Virus record (IMG/VR): IMGVR_UViG_3300016265_001251
Span: 1-35,274 of that record
Reading direction: 5' to 3' (one strand)
Source: a virus
Lineage: Duplodnaviria; Caudoviricetes
Length of the DNA: 35,274 nucleotides
Shown: one piece after another, positions 1-9,687 of the stretch
Layout of the letters: the number at the start of each line of letters is the position of its first letter
How positions within the stretch are numbered: the stretch's first letter is position 1
Notes under the pieces: model-generated
Told to the model about the DNA's origin: nothing
Seen by the model: only the letters and a program-made list of their open reading frames with translations
The model's database searches: none
Translations under genes and position numbers: made by a program

Positions 1-233
1 TTTTCGTGTGTGGCTTTGTGAGTGTCGATTTCGTTTCTCATATCAGTAATAGAATCACGAACGGTACGCAGGTCATGGGCAATTTGCTGAACAAGCAATG
101 CCACTTCTGTTTCCTTATCTATGGTCTTTTGGGTAAAACCTTCAACCTTTTTAATTCCATCGTGAAGCGTATCTTCAACAGCCTGCAACCTAGTTGCTAA
201 CACCGCTACTTGGGTTGCAATATCCTTACTCAT
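1..233 (-). CDS. 5' part of a coiled-coil plus C-terminal TM protein (holin/XhlA-like), continuing across the circular junction at 35274
   Basis: ATG at 233 overlaps the stop of the 226..636 gene. Frame MSKDIATQVAVLATRLQAVEDTL...HKATHE is open to position 1 and joins 35274 in frame (131 aa total). Not in the supplied ORF track. Confidence 0.75.
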   Translation of the reverse strand, partial: MSKDIATQVAVLATRLQAVEDTLHDGIKKVEGFTQKTIDKETEVALLVQQIAHDLRTVRDSITDMRNEIDTHKATHE

Positions 234-636
234 TGGTTTTTTCCCGCTTGGATTGAACAATTCTAGCTACGATGCCAGATACAAGCAACGCAGATATAAC
301 AACCGTCACGGCCAACAACAGCGCAATGCTGCTGTACAAAATGCTTAAGCTAAAAAACCCACCAACAATAAAAAACGATAAATCCTGAACGGTATCCCGC
401 ACCACTTTCCAAGTCAGAGTTTGCTTTGACCAGTCAGCCAGTTTCTTAGCCGCCCCCAACACAACAAGCAAGGCTAGCGCGTAATACCATGCACCACCAA
501 ACACCAACACTAGGCCAGAAAAGAACGCCCCCAGGAACGCATGGGAAAGCTGGTTGGATGCCCAGGCATACCAGTCATTACCTTGGTCATCTTGAAGCTC
601 TAGGAAGCTAACAATGGTTTGGATGGGACTAGCCAT
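226..636 (-). CDS. Multi-TM membrane protein, unknown function
   Basis: 136 aa with about four hydrophobic segments, tightly packed behind the tail fibre accessory gene. Confidence 0.7.
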   Translation of the reverse strand: MASPIQTIVSFLELQDDQGNDWYAWASNQLSHAFLGAFFSGLVLVFGGAWYYALALLVVLGAAKKLADWSKQTLTWKVVRDTVQDLSFFIVGGFFSLSILYSSIALLLAVTVVISALLVSGIVARIVQSKREKTNE

Positions 637-638
637 AG

Positions 639-1415
639 CTACAACTCAAAGGCGGTTAAGAAAAAAGAATCCAGCTGCGCCTCGGTCATGCCAAATGCAG
701 TTGCAAATAACGCCAACACTAATGGTTCATTGCGCGGAATAATGGTCATGGATTTTAACGTAAGCCGTGCGTTGTTAGCGTCAGTCGTGTGGAGCGTTGA
801 TAGCACCGCCTCAATTCCAGCTGGAATAGTTTTGTTTTCTAAAAAGGCGGCCGCTGTCGCATAATCCATCAATCCGCCATTGGCCGCAGCTAATGAAAAT
901 TGGCGCATGGTCAATGTAACATAAGATGGATTAAACGCCTCTGGCACAAAATTTGGCTGATATGCCAAAACGTCATCAATAGTGGTAAGCGCATTTAAGT
1001 CGGCCTCGACCTGTTCTTGTACAATGCCACGAAGCTGGTGAACCCATTGCAGGTTAGGTTGCGCGTATTTATGGCCGTCGGCCATGTTAGCAAACTCTTT
1101 CGCCACTAGGTCACTGTGCTGCAACAATGCCAGTTTGTCTTCTAGCACCGCACCCAATTTGTCCGCCCGCGCCTGCTCCACCGTGGTTTTGGTAAACACA
1201 CGCTCTGGTAAAACTTTTTCCCGCAATGAATGGCCTTCTGGCAAGAATGGCAACGTGATTGTAACGGCAGGATTAATGTGGGTTTTACCATTGCGAATAT
1301 CGTATGCTTCTTGTTCAGTGATAGATACCAAGCCTTCTGGCCAACTTGGTAAACCAATGGCTTCACCATTCATGTCATCGTAAATGTTGTTTTCTGAATC
1401 TTTCCACAGCCCCAT
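639..1415 (-). CDS. Tail-fibre assembly/chaperone-like protein (modular)
   Basis: AGGAG RBS. Directly downstream of the tail fibre. N-terminal PEGLVSITEQEA and C-terminal TMRQF...GMTEAQLDSFF segments resemble phage fibre-associated proteins. Confidence 0.55.
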   Translation of the reverse strand: MGLWKDSENNIYDDMNGEAIGLPSWPEGLVSITEQEAYDIRNGKTHINPAVTITLPFLPEGHSLREKVLPERVFTKTTVEQARADKLGAVLEDKLALLQHSDLVAKEFANMADGHKYAQPNLQWVHQLRGIVQEQVEADLNALTTIDDVLAYQPNFVPEAFNPSYVTLTMRQFSLAAANGGLMDYATAAAFLENKTIPAGIEAVLSTLHTTDANNARLTLKSMTIIPRNEPLVLALFATAFGMTEAQLDSFFLTAFEL

Positions 1416-1425
1416 AATTGTCTCC

Positions 1426-3219
1426 TTATCCTAATTCTGCCCAGTTCGATATTCCAGTTGCCGCCGTAACAACATAAGTTAGCCCTGGCGGAACTAAAAA
1501 TGAAACTGGCATATATTGACCATTGGTTTGGTTGTGTATTGTTACCCCTCCAACCACAATAGTACTTCCCGATGTTGCGTTCATGTTCACATAAACAAGA
1601 CGATAATTACCTGTAGTGTTTGTATATGTTGTTCCGCTGGTTCGTGCTGGGTTTGTCCAAACTGCGCCAGGGTTTGCGACAGTTAATGGATTTATGACCG
1701 TCAACCCTTGATGCGCGATGCCATAGCCCTGAATAGATGATGGCGCGGTGGCATAGGTGCCAGCGGTCGCTTGCGTGCTTGTAAGAATACCAACTAGTTT
1801 ATATGGAACACCCGTGCGAGCAGTGGTGCTGTACCAAGTGTTTGCACTGTTACTGCTGGCACTTAAGGCGGTGGTAGTTATAATACCTTCGCTGGCCAGA
1901 GAGCCTAATGATGTGACGTTGTTAATGGCGTATTCAACCGTGCCAGCGTTGTTGATTGCTGCCAGGGCTAGGGTTGCAGCAACCCCGTTTGTCGTCCCCA
2001 AGGTTGCCCCGCTAGGGACGGTCAATGATAAAGCCGTGCTAACCATCAGATTGGTGATAGAACCACTGCCCGCCGTTGCGCTTCTAAAAGTAATCGGCGT
2101 GGGTTGCAGTGTCGCTGTCAAAGCGTTTGCTGCTACCGTGCCGCCGACCTGAAATGATTGCGGGTATAGGTCTGCTTTGGATATATCTTGTTTGTTAGCC
2201 GTGGCATTAGTGTTGTTGCCTAATACGGTAAAGGCTGTGCTTTGGGACATTTTTGTTGGTGTGACAGCATTGTCTGCAATCTTGGTGGTTCCTACATGCC
2301 CGTCAATTGGCACGGTGTCAAACGTAATGGGAGTTGTGCCAAGCGTCCCACCCTGCGTCACCAAACTGATGTACACATGGTTTTTTCGCGCACTTCCTTC
2401 TGTTATAGTGCAAAGCATTCCAACAAAGGACGACCAGGTGTTCGCGTCAGATGCCCGCGCCCATGCTCCGCTGGCCATAATGTAAATACCGTTTTCTGCT
2501 GAATTGGTTTGCCCACGCACAAAAATCCTATCACCCGCCGCGCCAACAACACCATCAATCGTTTGCAAACCCGATAGCGTAACATTGCCAGCAGTGGCCA
2601 AACGTGCGACACGTCCTGTTCCACCATTGGCCGCCTGTGCCGCTGCTGCTGCCGCTGATGCCGTGGCCGCTGATGCCGCTGCCGCTGTTGCATTGGCCGC
2701 CGCATTAGAAATATCACCTACGGATGGCCCTTCCTTAAATGATCCACTCGTTGCACCGCCAACAATTGTAAAATTCTCATCAATAGATTCAGTAATTACC
2801 GAATTTGGAATGTTCAAAGTTTCATCATATTTCAATGCTTTAGATACATCACGGGTAAGCCGTTGCGTCATCCGCACTAAATTGTCAAGTTCAGCATTGA
2901 CAGTTGCTGCTTGGAATGCACCTTGCTGGGAAAAGTCACTTGTCCGCTGGCTAGGGGTGTCTAGCAACAAAGTATAAATATCGCCAGCAAGGGCTGGTAA
3001 TGCCGTGCCAATTAAATTGGCAACGCCACCATTGGATTGGTTGAGTTGGTTGGCCGCGATCGTATAATCCGTGTTCAAGGCAAGCGTGACTTTTACGCCA
3101 GCGCGAGTTCTTGTAATTTTAATATCTGTGTACTGGCCAATTTTGAAATCCCAAGCAAGACTGGTTTCGCCTCCTGTGGCGATAAGCTGTACAAAACCGT
3201 CATTGCTAGGCTGGCTCAT
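1426..3219 (-). CDS. Tail fibre / receptor-binding protein
   Basis: 597 aa. T7 gp17-like N-terminal adaptor (GGETSLAWDF...LNTDYTI...NAELDNL), Ala-rich linker, LSGLQTIDGV...QTNSAENGIY module, Thr/Ala/Gly-rich shaft and C-terminal beta domain. AGGAG RBS. Confidence 0.85.
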   Translation of the reverse strand: MSQPSNDGFVQLIATGGETSLAWDFKIGQYTDIKITRTRAGVKVTLALNTDYTIAANQLNQSNGGVANLIGTALPALAGDIYTLLLDTPSQRTSDFSQQGAFQAATVNAELDNLVRMTQRLTRDVSKALKYDETLNIPNSVITESIDENFTIVGGATSGSFKEGPSVGDISNAAANATAAAASAATASAAAAAAQAANGGTGRVARLATAGNVTLSGLQTIDGVVGAAGDRIFVRGQTNSAENGIYIMASGAWARASDANTWSSFVGMLCTITEGSARKNHVYISLVTQGGTLGTTPITFDTVPIDGHVGTTKIADNAVTPTKMSQSTAFTVLGNNTNATANKQDISKADLYPQSFQVGGTVAANALTATLQPTPITFRSATAGSGSITNLMVSTALSLTVPSGATLGTTNGVAATLALAAINNAGTVEYAINNVTSLGSLASEGIITTTALSASSNSANTWYSTTARTGVPYKLVGILTSTQATAGTYATAPSSIQGYGIAHQGLTVINPLTVANPGAVWTNPARTSGTTYTNTTGNYRLVYVNMNATSGSTIVVGGVTIHNQTNGQYMPVSFLVPPGLTYVVTAATGISNWAELG

Positions 3220-3248
3220 TTGTAATCTCCTGAATTAGGGTAACTTAA

Positions 3249-6200
3249 TTATTGTTTTTGCACAATGGGTGCGTTGATAGCTATGTCTGGGCGGTTAGCC
3301 GTGTCTGTCGTTATGTTTTCCTTGGCTTCCTTGATCACGGCAGACTGCAACACATCATAGCGTTTAACCAATTCTTCTCTAATGGCCGCGTCATAATCTG
3401 CATAAATATCAGTCAAAAATTTTTGTTGTTCATTCAAAGTTTTTTTCCGAAAAAATTGACGGTTGCGTGATTGTTCGTTTATCAAACTTGCCACATATTC
3501 AGGCAAAGTTTTGTTGTCATATTGTCGTAGTTTGATTTCTCCTCGCAGCTGTGAAAACTCTGAATAGATTTCAGGATATTCACGCAAATCAACCGCAGCC
3601 CTGTATGTTTTGCGGCCATCTTTTGCTTCAAAGGTTTGTGTTTTGTTAGGAATGTTTGGGGCTGGCAGGTCATTCTCTAGCAGATATTTGCTGATCTCAT
3701 TGACCTCTCCTGTTGGGTATTTGTGTGGATTAAACATTTGATATACTGTTACGCCAAGTTTATTTGGGGCATCAACAAAGTCAGTAACCGTTCGATCCAT
3801 CCAATTATTGCCAGGGAAATACGATTGCAACGGCGTTCCCCATGCACTGTATTTTTTGGGCACGAAATAAGAAGCGAAAGGGATCCTAGATAAAATGGCA
3901 TCGAGCATGTTCAACACCTGTTCAACCTCTGGGCTTACAACCCTTTCTAACGCCGCTACGCCACTTGGCACCATACTTCCAGCAAATTGTTGCGTAAGTT
4001 TATCACCGTATCTTTCAGGGTCACCCATGAATTGCGTTAGGTCGGTTATCCCTTTCAAGAAGGCTTTGCCGATGACTTGGTTTGCCATTGACACAATAGA
4101 GGCTGTCACCAATCCATCCACATCCTCATGATCTTTCCATCCAGCATATTCGCCGTTGGTCATAATAGTAGCCATATCTGCGCCAAGACCTAGCCAAGTA
4201 GCAAAAGGTTCTAACCTCGCATAGGAAATCCATTTGCCAGTCACAGGGTTTTTAATGCTGTAAGGCTGGTTACCCGCATCAATCCAGTTTTGACGAATCT
4301 TAGGATCGTTTGGCCCCTTGCCAGTGATATTACCCTGTAAGGCGCCATCGACCGACATCATCATAAAAAAGGTTCCTGTCGCAATCCGTGCCTGGGCTTC
4401 TGCTTGTCTAACCCCTCCCGCGTTCAAGTCGTTACGAATGTTTTTGCTGGCCAAGGCTAATGGTGTGCGCTCAAAGGTAAACTTGAAAATGTTAATTGGA
4501 GTCCGCACAAAAGGCATAATGAATCGTGCTGCTGGATAACGCATCAATTTTTGCAAGTCTTTTGCCGCGCCGTCTAATGCCTTGTTATAAGTCGCATATT
4601 TTGCCATCTCAATAGCTGGCGCTCGAATTTTATCGGTCGGATCAGTGATTGATTGCACAACGAATTGTTTAAGTTCTTTGCCTTGCAACCCCTTGGCAAT
4701 TCCCTCTCTATAGGCTTGCGCCCGCAACTCTGCATTATAAATAATGGTTTTCCCAAATTCATCACCAGCCGCCAGCATGTTGGTGCTAAACTTGTTTAAG
4801 ACAGCCCCATATCCTGCAAGCCCCCTGGTCAATAACCAGTTTGCACCTGTCGCGCTATTGGTCGGATCGAGTGCGGCAAGGGAGGATGAATCCACAAAAT
4901 TTTCATCCATTTTCCCTAATCCAAATCCAGTTTCACCCGTCTTAAACGCCTGTTTGGCATTGCTTAATGCCTGGCGGTGTGAATTGATAAAGCCCATCCA
5001 AAACTGCAAGGCTTCCTCAAGGTCTGTATCGGAGTTTGAAATCAATGCCCTGGTGGCTCTCTCTGCCCCCATAAACAGTCCTGTAAACCAGTTAGATTCA
5101 AGGTTGGCAACATGGGTGGCTGGATTGGTAAGAAGCCCTTTTACCCACAAAGATTCCATCGCCTTATAGGTTCGCGCCCCCGATGCGCCGTTAGCTATGA
5201 CAGCCAATTTATCTGGTGTCATTTCGCCAATGCCATCTAAAGCTGTAATTTTTTGGGCAAGCATTTTTGTGGGGTCTGTTCCGCCAAAACCCTGTAACAC
5301 TTCATTTAATTGTTTGTTTGTTACCCCTGATTGACCGACCTCTATTCTAAAGGCAGACAATGCGCGACCAGCTTCGGCACGCACACCAAGAACCTCTTGC
5401 TGGATAACATTGTAAACCTCCAGCATTTTCCGAAAATTAAAATGATCCACTTCGGTTGCTTGCGGACTTGCCGCCTTTTTGGCTATCCCCAAAAGTTTTT
5501 GACCAGCCGTATGCCAAACTTGTCGCGCTGCTGTGATTTGTTCGGCATTAAATGCTTCCCCTTTCCGCCTGGCTACCAGTTCATTGAAGCCATTAATATC
5601 TTTGGCATTCATTTTGGTCATATCAAAACTTTGAACACCGCGCCGTGCGTCCTGAACACCACCAATCAATCGTGTGTCATTTGCCATTTGTGATATTAGA
5701 TTTTTTACATCGTCACTGGAATTTATTCTATTGAAATTTATTTCTATTTCCTCCGCCCCTGTTGGTGGCAAGGGCTTTTTAACTTCCTGCGGGGTAATGC
5801 CAGCAACTTGTTGTTCCGATGTTTTCAATTTTTCTGCAAAGGATGGGGCCGCCGCTTTTGGCTTAATGGCGTAGAGGGATTCATCGTTAATATCCCCAAG
5901 GGCATTAAAGGCTTCTGTGTTGATTTGCGTTTCGGAATTTGCGGCAACAGCAGCTTGCACATCGCCTTCTAATTTGCTGGATGGACTGACCTTTCTGATC
6001 CCACGAATAAACTTCAGGCTTTTAATGAAGGCTTCGCCAACAACATTGGTTGCGGCTCCTTCAAGTGCCTGTTTTAGCTTTTTCTCAACAACAGTATCCG
6101 TTTCATTTGCCGCTAAAAACTGGGCTACAGGCTGAACAAGAGATGGGTTTTTGGCCAGCACGTTAGATAGCCGTTGTTCGGAATCAGAGCCAAAGGCAAG

Positions 6201-6962
6201 CAGTTCTGCGCCAGCACCTTGCACAATGCGCGATCCTACGCCAGCTTTCCCTGTTAAAATTTTTGCGCCTTCGGTAAACCCTTTTGATCCAGCAAATTTG
6301 GCAACCTGTCCCATACCTTTTGCGCCAATGGCAAATTGAGAAATGTATTCTATAATGTCGCCTGTCACGGATTGTTGTTTTGCTTCTGACGGAACAGGGA
6401 TTTTTGGGATCATAATTCCTGTAGTCGGCGAAACTCCAGCCGCTTCCCTTTGCTTATTGATTCTTTCTAGTCCTGTTTTGTAAGTTGTGACTTCTGGGCT
6501 AAGCAATGGCAGATTCTCGCCTGTATCTGTTATCCAAGATAAAGTTGGCAGATACCCTATTAAACTGGTGATCTCGTTTACACCCATAGCTGCGCCTCTG
6601 ACCATGCGCCTTGGGGCTTCAGATACGCCGCGCACTATGTCTTTCCCAACGACACTAGGCAGAGATGTGATGGTATCAATGACCGTGCCGTCTGCCGCCC
6701 GTTCCTTAACATCAGTGTCGGGCAGTTGATTAGGGGCAGGGGCTGCATCGGTTGGGGATGGTGTGCCTGGTGTTTCAGGTGTTGCGCCTTCAACCTGATC
6801 AGCAGGTGCAGCTGTACCACCTGATGACGCACGCATTTCATCAAGTAAAGCCTTTAGTTCTGTTTCTTTATCCCTTTGATAGGCATCATTAAGAGCAGAT
6901 TTTGCATCTGCATCATCTGGCATTGGCATTTGAGGCTGCTGTAAATAATTGTTCTCAATCAT
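3249..6962 (-). CDS. Large internal virion (DNA ejection) protein
   Basis: 1237 aa. Last of three internal-protein positions before the tail fibre, as in T7 gp16-like synteny. Contains a PFVRTPINIF segment. Confidence 0.7.
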   Translation of the reverse strand: MIENNYLQQPQMPMPDDADAKSALNDAYQRDKETELKALLDEMRASSGGTAAPADQVEGATPETPGTPSPTDAAPAPNQLPDTDVKERAADGTVIDTITSLPSVVGKDIVRGVSEAPRRMVRGAAMGVNEITSLIGYLPTLSWITDTGENLPLLSPEVTTYKTGLERINKQREAAGVSPTTGIMIPKIPVPSEAKQQSVTGDIIEYISQFAIGAKGMGQVAKFAGSKGFTEGAKILTGKAGVGSRIVQGAGAELLAFGSDSEQRLSNVLAKNPSLVQPVAQFLAANETDTVVEKKLKQALEGAATNVVGEAFIKSLKFIRGIRKVSPSSKLEGDVQAAVAANSETQINTEAFNALGDINDESLYAIKPKAAAPSFAEKLKTSEQQVAGITPQEVKKPLPPTGAEEIEINFNRINSSDDVKNLISQMANDTRLIGGVQDARRGVQSFDMTKMNAKDINGFNELVARRKGEAFNAEQITAARQVWHTAGQKLLGIAKKAASPQATEVDHFNFRKMLEVYNVIQQEVLGVRAEAGRALSAFRIEVGQSGVTNKQLNEVLQGFGGTDPTKMLAQKITALDGIGEMTPDKLAVIANGASGARTYKAMESLWVKGLLTNPATHVANLESNWFTGLFMGAERATRALISNSDTDLEEALQFWMGFINSHRQALSNAKQAFKTGETGFGLGKMDENFVDSSSLAALDPTNSATGANWLLTRGLAGYGAVLNKFSTNMLAAGDEFGKTIIYNAELRAQAYREGIAKGLQGKELKQFVVQSITDPTDKIRAPAIEMAKYATYNKALDGAAKDLQKLMRYPAARFIMPFVRTPINIFKFTFERTPLALASKNIRNDLNAGGVRQAEAQARIATGTFFMMMSVDGALQGNITGKGPNDPKIRQNWIDAGNQPYSIKNPVTGKWISYARLEPFATWLGLGADMATIMTNGEYAGWKDHEDVDGLVTASIVSMANQVIGKAFLKGITDLTQFMGDPERYGDKLTQQFAGSMVPSGVAALERVVSPEVEQVLNMLDAILSRIPFASYFVPKKYSAWGTPLQSYFPGNNWMDRTVTDFVDAPNKLGVTVYQMFNPHKYPTGEVNEISKYLLENDLPAPNIPNKTQTFEAKDGRKTYRAAVDLREYPEIYSEFSQLRGEIKLRQYDNKTLPEYVASLINEQSRNRQFFRKKTLNEQQKFLTDIYADYDAAIREELVKRYDVLQSAVIKEAKENITTDTANRPDIAINAPIVQKQ

Positions 6963-6967
6963 GTTTG

Positions 6968-9166
6968 TTATTTTCCAGTTTTTCCAGTAGTGGCAGTTTG
7001 TTTTATTGACTGTTCATATTGATCTTGGGATTGCTTCATTTGGATTGATGTTGCCATATCAGATTTTGCCTTTTTCAAAGCCTCGTTAAATTGATCAAGT
7101 TCTGGGTCTTTAAGTTTTGATTCCTGGTTACCCTTGTGTTTATTCTCAAAATATATTTCAGCTGTTTTTTTTATTCTTGCTTCTGCTTCATTCCATGCGG
7201 CAGCAGGATTTTTTGCCGTTAAAACTTGCGTGTCAAGAAATTCAACTGGAATAAATGATGGGAATCCAACGTGATAAAGCGTGCCTTTGAAGAAGTCTGT
7301 TTGAGCAAGCGTATCGGCAGCCAGCTTCCTAGATACTTCCTTAGTAAATGGTTGATCTGGATTGCTCGATTTCCATTGAGTGACGTTGTTTATGAATTGC
7401 TGTTGGGCATAAGCCACTTGCGCTCCCTTGCTTGGGTCTTGTGTCAAAGTCGGAGTAAGTGCTTGTACGACTACATCCAATCCGACCTTTTCCTCCGCAT
7501 TTTGGCCGCCAGATAGTTTTGATACTTGCAAAAAAGCCATAGCTGTTTGTTGCGTTAATTTTCCTTCTAGCATGGCCATTTGAATAATATCGTCCGCTCC
7601 CTGCCCAACCTTCTGTAGGCTTGTAATCGACATTACAGTCACTGGGTCATCTTGAGTTGCACCTCCACTCACGAGCATTGTGCGCAAAGCTTCGGCTTCT
7701 TTGTCCTTGCCACCTTGCATCAAAATGTTTCGAGATGCGTTAAGGTCGCCAATAAGCTGGGTTATAGCTATTGCACGTTGAGATGGATCACTTGGCAGCT
7801 GGTTCATTTTGGCTGTGATAGAATCGTATGCCGCTTGCGCGTTTAATTTTTGAGCGGCCTCATCCGCTTGCCTCATTCTGGATTTTTCTGCCCGCCGTTC
7901 TTGTGCGTATTTTTCCAATTCCGATTTAACCCTTTGACTCATATACGGAGAAAAGCTGCCCATAATATCAACCGTTGAAACGCCAACACCCCGTTTGACC
8001 TTGCGAACATAATCGCGGGTTTCTTTGATGGGGAATTGTGACGCAAACTCACTATCGGTAATTTCGCCAGTTCTCGGATCACCGATTTTATCCTTCCCTG
8101 GATTTTTCCCCGACACATTTGTGCCATCAATAAAATCTTGAACAGTTGCTGGGCCAGCATTGTAAGCCATGATAGCAAGGGTATTGTCGCCGAACCGCTC
8201 TTGCATGTTTTTGAAATAGGCCAATCCGATCGCCTTGTTGTAATTGGCATCTGTTCGGTATTTATTCTCATCCCAAGGCAAGCCAGCCATCTTCGCGGCT
8301 TCTGGCGCTGTGCCTGGCATAACTTGTGCCACACCAATAGCTCCTGCTGGTGACACGGCAGTTTGTACCCCGCCGCTTTCTTGCTGTATCATACTTTCAA
8401 AAATGGCTTCAGGCTTTTGCCCGCCTATACCAGCAAAGCCATTTTCGTTGCCTGGCACGGTATAAGACACGCCTCCATTTGCAATGCGATCGGCTGTTAA
8501 ATCAGGATTTTCAGATTGGTCAATCATTTGTTTTAACAGCCCGATATGTACATCGTCTGCCGCTTGTGCAAACATTTTTGATGCGTTATCTGCGCCATAC
8601 ATGAAATTGCCGTCACTGTCTTTTTGCGTTCCAAGTGTCTGGATTTGTTTGCCTATTCCATACGCTCTGATTCTTGCGTTTTGAGAAATTTGCGGATCTG
8701 GGCTGAATGCTTCCTTGGTGGCGATTGATAGCTCGTCTTGCAGCTGTATGATTCGCAAATTGGTATTAAACCTTGCTTCCTCATCAGTGCGCTGCTTGAA
8801 TTGGGCGGTTGCCCTGTTAATAGCGGGCAATACCGATGTTTGGTACTGGGCATCTATCTGGGCTTTGACCTCTTGATCCTGTATGTCTTTTGTCAAACCA
8901 CTCTTAAAACTTTCAAAGGCTTGACTCATCATGCCTGGGTCACCTTGGTACTGCATTTCAATGCGGCTTATGCCTTGCGCCATTTTGGTTTGGGCGTGCA
9001 ACAATTCATTGGTTCTAATCCGTTGGTACAATCCCTCACTTAATTGTGATGTGTCTTGTGCAAAATTCTGTAAATTCCTTACAGCCGTTTGGCCAGCAGG
9101 TTGCACCGTGGGCATTCTCTCGACACCACTGATTTGCTGAACGTAGGGCAGTAAGGATTCAGGCAT
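6968..9166 (-). CDS. Internal virion protein with soluble lytic transglycosylase (SLT) domain
   Basis: SLT motifs QESGG (catalytic Glu), SPAGAIGVAQVMP, AYNAGP and ETRDYV in the middle of a 732-aa helical protein. Confidence 0.85.
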   Translation of the reverse strand: MPESLLPYVQQISGVERMPTVQPAGQTAVRNLQNFAQDTSQLSEGLYQRIRTNELLHAQTKMAQGISRIEMQYQGDPGMMSQAFESFKSGLTKDIQDQEVKAQIDAQYQTSVLPAINRATAQFKQRTDEEARFNTNLRIIQLQDELSIATKEAFSPDPQISQNARIRAYGIGKQIQTLGTQKDSDGNFMYGADNASKMFAQAADDVHIGLLKQMIDQSENPDLTADRIANGGVSYTVPGNENGFAGIGGQKPEAIFESMIQQESGGVQTAVSPAGAIGVAQVMPGTAPEAAKMAGLPWDENKYRTDANYNKAIGLAYFKNMQERFGDNTLAIMAYNAGPATVQDFIDGTNVSGKNPGKDKIGDPRTGEITDSEFASQFPIKETRDYVRKVKRGVGVSTVDIMGSFSPYMSQRVKSELEKYAQERRAEKSRMRQADEAAQKLNAQAAYDSITAKMNQLPSDPSQRAIAITQLIGDLNASRNILMQGGKDKEAEALRTMLVSGGATQDDPVTVMSITSLQKVGQGADDIIQMAMLEGKLTQQTAMAFLQVSKLSGGQNAEEKVGLDVVVQALTPTLTQDPSKGAQVAYAQQQFINNVTQWKSSNPDQPFTKEVSRKLAADTLAQTDFFKGTLYHVGFPSFIPVEFLDTQVLTAKNPAAAWNEAEARIKKTAEIYFENKHKGNQESKLKDPELDQFNEALKKAKSDMATSIQMKQSQDQYEQSIKQTATTGKTGK

Positions 9167-9168
9167 CT

Positions 9169-9687
9169 TTAATCCAGTAAGCTGCTAAGTTTGTTTTGCA
9201 CGGGGGAGGATTTTGCAATGGTGCTTAGGGCATTCATATAACCACCACGCACCGCTGCACTTCCTTCCGCTTTCAATTGCGCTGCTTGAGAAATATCACT
9301 GGCGGCACGGGTCTGCGCCCCAAACAAAGCCAGGTTAATATCTTCGGATGCGGCACGGTTGCTTTCAACCATAGCGGCGAATGGTGTTCCGCTGCCTGTG
9401 ATCCCTCCTCTTGCCGCGAATCCTGCATTAAGAGAAGCCAATGCCTTGTCCCTATTTTCCTTAATCTTCAATGCGTCCTGCCGCCCCTTTATTTCTTCGG
9501 CCTGTGCGTTTAGTGACGATTGAGTTGCCTGAAAATTCATCATGGACTGCTGGGCATATCCTGCTTGAATTGATGACAAAACACTCATCCCCATCATGGC
9601 AACACTTAAAGCCATCATGGGTGTGATTAGCGGTGCTGCCGCTGGGGCGGCAAAAGATGCTGCTATAGGTGCGATGACTGCTGGCAT
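9169..9687 (-). CDS. Small internal virion/ejection protein (T7 gp14-like position)
   Basis: Hydrophobic N-terminus, Ala/Gln-rich, AARGG..GSGT segment. Coupled to the tail tube B stop. Confidence 0.65.
   Translation of the reverse strand: MPAVIAPIAASFAAPAAAPLITPMMALSVAMMGMSVLSSIQAGYAQQSMMNFQATQSSLNAQAEEIKGRQDALKIKENRDKALASLNAGFAARGGITGSGTPFAAMVESNRAASEDINLALFGAQTRAASDISQAAQLKAEGSAAVRGGYMNALSTIAKSSPVQNKLSSLLD

Noticed and set aside
1426-3219. BPP-1-like diversity-generating retroelement acting on the tail fibre
   Set aside because: No reverse transcriptase ORF is present and I saw no second copy of the fibre 3' end (checked by eye only).
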